NCBI GenBank assembly: GCA_965267575.1
Contig: OZ254086.1
Span: 1,056,001 to 1,120,000, forward strand
DNA from: Calditrichales bacterium
Lineage (GTDB): Bacteria > Calditrichota > Calditrichia > Calditrichales > J004
Direction of reading: 5' to 3'
Length of the DNA: 64,000 bases
The position numbers and the translations under genes were made by a program. Numbering within the stretch: the first letter of the stretch is position 1; every line of letters begins with the position of its first letter. Shown here piece by piece: positions 61,066 to 64,000 of this stretch. The notes below the pieces were generated by a model. It saw only the letters and a program-made list of their open reading frames with translations, had not been told where the DNA came from and ran no database searches.

Positions 61066-62568
61066 ATGAAAAACATTCTACGAATCGCCCGCTGGGAATT
61101 TATCAGCCGTCTGCGTTCCCGCGCCTTCATTTTCAATACCTTTATCTCGCCGCTGATCTTTGCGCTGATCCTGCTCCTGCCGGTCTATTTTATCGCCTAC
61201 GATGAGGATGTCTCCGTCAAACTTGTCGGCGTCGTCGATCTCTCCGATAAAAACATGGGCGTGGAACTGCAAAACGCCCTCAGCCGCGAATACCGTCTGG
61301 ACAACCGCCTGGCCGAATACGAAGTATTCAACATCAACGTCAACAACTCGCCCATTTACCGCTCAATGAATTTCGAATACCAGGATATCAACAATCAGGT
61401 CGATTCGATCAGCGCCTTGCTGAATCAGATCAAGGAAGAGCGCGAGGGCATCTATAAAAACCAGTCCACGCCCAACCGCCAGTTCCGGCTGGATCAATCC
61501 TACGAACGGCTGGTCGAGGTACGCGACGAGAAGCAGCTCCTGGAAATTGAAAAACAGCGTTACAAGGTGGCGCTGGACAGCGTTTACCTACAGCAGGCGC
61601 GCATCATGGCCGATTCGATGATTGCCAGGGGCGTGCTAAGCTCCTATCTCGTTTTTCCGCAGGATTTTGTCCGCACCGGCGAGGTGGAGTACCATTCGCG
61701 CACACCGGGAGACCTGCTGGATACGGAGCGTCTGGAAAAGGCATTGCAGAATATTGTGCTGCGTAAACGGTTAGCAGATATTCGCATAGACCGCCGCGAC
61801 ATGCGTGACCTGTTGCGGCCGGTGGAGCTGGAGAAATACACCATGAGCGGCGGCATGGCCGAGGAATGGAATCTTTATGCCCAGTTTTACGGCCCGCTGA
61901 TCGCCGTATTCCTTTTGTTTGTGGCCATCTTTACCACCGGCGGCCACCTGTTCAGCGGCGTTCTCAACGAAAAGACCAACCGCGTTATGGAAGTGCTGAT
62001 GTCCTACGCCAGTGGCACGCAGATCATGGGCGGAAAAATTCTGGGCATGGGCAGCCTGGGCCTGTTCCAGATCTTCTGCTGGTTCCTGCTCACCATTATC
62101 CTGCTGGGTCTGGGCGTCATCAGCGGCAGCGGACTGAGTTACCTTAATGCCACCAACGCTTTTTACTTTATCTTCTACTTCGCGCTGGGCTTTCTTTTTT
62201 ACGGTTCGATTTTTATCACGGTGGCGTCTGTATTTTCCAGTGAATACGACGCCCAGCAGGTGAATCAGGTATTGCGCACGCTGGCCATTATGCCGGCCCT
62301 GTTATCGCTGCTTGTACTCAACGATCCCAATGGGACGCTGGTGCGCGTGCTCAGCTACATTCCCTTTCTCACGCCTTCGTTCATGATCCTGCGTATCCCG
62401 CTCAGCAGCGAACCCCTGCAGACGGACATCGCCATCACCGCCATCATCATGCTGATATCGATCCTGTTTATGATTGTTATTGCCGGCAGGCTCTTCCGCG
62501 TCAACACGCTGATGATGGGCAAAAAACCCACCTGGAAAGAGATCCTGCGCTGGCTGCAGCAAGCCTGA
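61066..62568 (+). CDS. ABC-2 permease (YhaP/NatB-like)
   Basis: IARWEF...AF, EKTNRVMEVLMS, MGGKILG, LSYIPF and GRLFR motifs. Confidence 0.9.
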   Translation: MKNILRIARWEFISRLRSRAFIFNTFISPLIFALILLLPVYFIAYDEDVSVKLVGVVDLSDKNMGVELQNALSREYRLDNRLAEYEVFNINVNNSPIYRSMNFEYQDINNQVDSISALLNQIKEEREGIYKNQSTPNRQFRLDQSYERLVEVRDEKQLLEIEKQRYKVALDSVYLQQARIMADSMIARGVLSSYLVFPQDFVRTGEVEYHSRTPGDLLDTERLEKALQNIVLRKRLADIRIDRRDMRDLLRPVELEKYTMSGGMAEEWNLYAQFYGPLIAVFLLFVAIFTTGGHLFSGVLNEKTNRVMEVLMSYASGTQIMGGKILGMGSLGLFQIFCWFLLTIILLGLGVISGSGLSYLNATNAFYFIFYFALGFLFYGSIFITVASVFSSEYDAQQVNQVLRTLAIMPALLSLLVLNDPNGTLVRVLSYIPFLTPSFMILRIPLSSEPLQTDIAITAIIMLISILFMIVIAGRLFRVNTLMMGKKPTWKEILRWLQQA

Positions 62569-62644
62569 TGCTGAAATGCTGCAAATACCAAAAAATCATA
62601 CCAAACTTCACGCAGGTATAATTTGGAATCCGCCGGATTTGCGT

Positions 62645-62803
62645 TAACCCACGACTTCAGTCGTGGGACTTTGGCAAACGCAATACTTTCCAGTAACGGA
62701 TTCATCGGTTTCAAAGCAGCCCAGTCTCAAAAAACCGATAATGAATCGGTTTGCCGCAGTATAATTTCCCGAAGCAACGTCCCATGACTGAAGTCATGGG
62801 TAA
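62645..62803. repeat. nested REPIN-like inverted repeat
   Basis: AACCCACGACTTCAGTCGTGGG and CCCATGACTGAAGTCATGGGT flank an inner AACGGATTCATCGGTTT / AAACCGATAATGAATCGGTT pair; lies between convergent genes. Confidence 0.75.
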
Positions 62804-62905
62804 ATGTAACAGGCTTATTCACGGGTTAACAACCTCGTTGCTGGCTTTAGACTTGATCTTTAGAGTTTATTTGAGATTTGGGATTTGTATTTTGGAATTT
62901 TCTTC

Positions 62906-64000
62906 TTAGAAGTTCCAGGCCAGTTGGGCGCGCAACTCACGGTCCAGGTCATAGCCCGGTCTGCCGTATCGTCCTGTTTCTTCCCGCGCCTGGTAGCGCC
63001 ACTTCAACCACACATCGATATTTTCATACAGCTTCTGGCGCAGCCGGATGTAGAATTTGTAGCCGTTGCCGTAAAGCGCGCGGTTGGCAAAACTGCCCGG
63101 CAAGTCATGCTCATACTCATAAATGCGGCTGGTGTAGGAATCGGTCTTAAACAGCGTCAGCCGCGTACTGATCTCCGTGTTTCGCGCCGCCTGGAAACGC
63201 ACATCCTGGAAAAGCAGCGTGCCCTTTTCGCGGTAATGGCTGATTTGCGTATGCTGCCAGCGGCTGCGCAGCTGCACGTCACGCGAAAGCACAAAACGCC
63301 CCTCCACGCGCCATTCGTTTTGCAGCGGCTGCACCCGTTGTTGCGGCCCATCTTGTTCAATAAATATTTGCGATTGTTTTTGCCGCCAGCGCGCGCTCAG
63401 TTCATTTTTATTCAGCTTCCAGTCCACCTGCACCAGGCCGTCACTCTGCTGCATCGGCAGCTCATCAAAAAAGCTGCGCCAGATCTCCTTTTCCAGCAGG
63501 CGGTAGCCGCTCAAGGTCACTTGCCGGACAGGCCGGAAGCGTAGCGTGGCATAGAGAGCCTGCGCGCCCTGCGGGGCGTCACTGCTGCTGTCGAACAGGT
63601 TGCCGTCAACGGCCTGCCATTTCTTGTCCAGATGGGTAAAAAGCAAACCCGCCTGCCAATCATCCTTCCTCAGCAACAACGACTGAAAAAGCGCCGGGCT
63701 GCTGTTGTGATCGATGGCCGCTTCACCGGTCCATTGCAGCGGACCCAATCCGGCACTGTAAAAAAAGCTGATGTGCTGTGCCCTGCTTCCGCTGAAGGCA
63801 AAACGCTGCCGGCGCCACTCGTTTTCGCTAATAACCGGGGGCCGCGCTTCAAAGGATTTGTTATAGCTGTAATTGTCCCACAGCAGACCAACGTCAACTT
63901 TTCCCAACCGTGCCGTGGCTGCCATACCCAGCAGAGTCTCGTCAATTCCCCGGTAGCCGTTGATCTCATTGGCGCTGCGGTGGTAGCCGTCGTTGCGCAG
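62906..64000 (-). CDS. C-terminal part of a probable outer-membrane beta-barrel protein (ComEA/helix-hairpin-helix-associated type); 5' end outside the window
   Basis: The frame is open to the window edge (LRNDGYHRSANE...); FKTDSYTSRIYEYEHDL motif; ends in the aromatic barrel signal QLAWNF. Confidence 0.7.
   Translation of the reverse strand: MRNDGYHRSANEINGYRGIDETLLGMAATARLGKVDVGLLWDNYSYNKSFEARPPVISENEWRRQRFAFSGSRAQHISFFYSAGLGPLQWTGEAAIDHNSSPALFQSLLLRKDDWQAGLLFTHLDKKWQAVDGNLFDSSSDAPQGAQALYATLRFRPVRQVTLSGYRLLEKEIWRSFFDELPMQQSDGLVQVDWKLNKNELSARWRQKQSQIFIEQDGPQQRVQPLQNEWRVEGRFVLSRDVQLRSRWQHTQISHYREKGTLLFQDVRFQAARNTEISTRLTLFKTDSYTSRIYEYEHDLPGSFANRALYGNGYKFYIRLRQKLYENIDVWLKWRYQAREETGRYGRPGYDLDRELRAQLAWNF

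Overview
A gene-dense bacterial chromosomal window of moderate GC. Five secreted proteins with a C-terminal YPNPFNP...RKM/IxLxK sorting-type domain and a fused ccoNO point to a non-cyanobacterial, FCB/Calditrichota-like host (inference only). From left to right it holds: an ilvD-ilvB-ilvN-ilvC-leuB-leuA operon with an unannotated 46-aa Ile/Leu/Val-rich leader peptide; NAD salvage genes pncB-pncA and a Na+/proline-type symporter; a membrane-anchored LuxR-TolB-TPR regulator followed by a perfect 16-bp palindrome and secreted proteins, including a GH3-CBM6 enzyme; a cbb3 oxidase cluster (ccoI-S-NO-Q-P-G-H plus a DsbD_2-like gene) next to a PAS kinase/sigma54 activator pair, with candidate sigma54 promoters and enhancer palindromes; and gdhA. 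The main result is a four-gene, co-oriented tocopherol (vitamin E) biosynthesis cluster at 36365-40153: tocopherol cyclase, plant-type VTE3 MPBQ methyltransferase, gamma-tocopherol methyltransferase and homogentisate phytyltransferase. This pathway is normally regarded as restricted to oxygenic phototrophs. The right third holds accessory genes, an MNT-HEPN toxin-antitoxin pair whose toxin is split at an in-frame A_AAA_AAG slippery site, a REP-associated tyrosine transposase with its GTAG REPs, and several other REP-like palindrome families. All assignments come from reading motifs by eye; no database searches were run.
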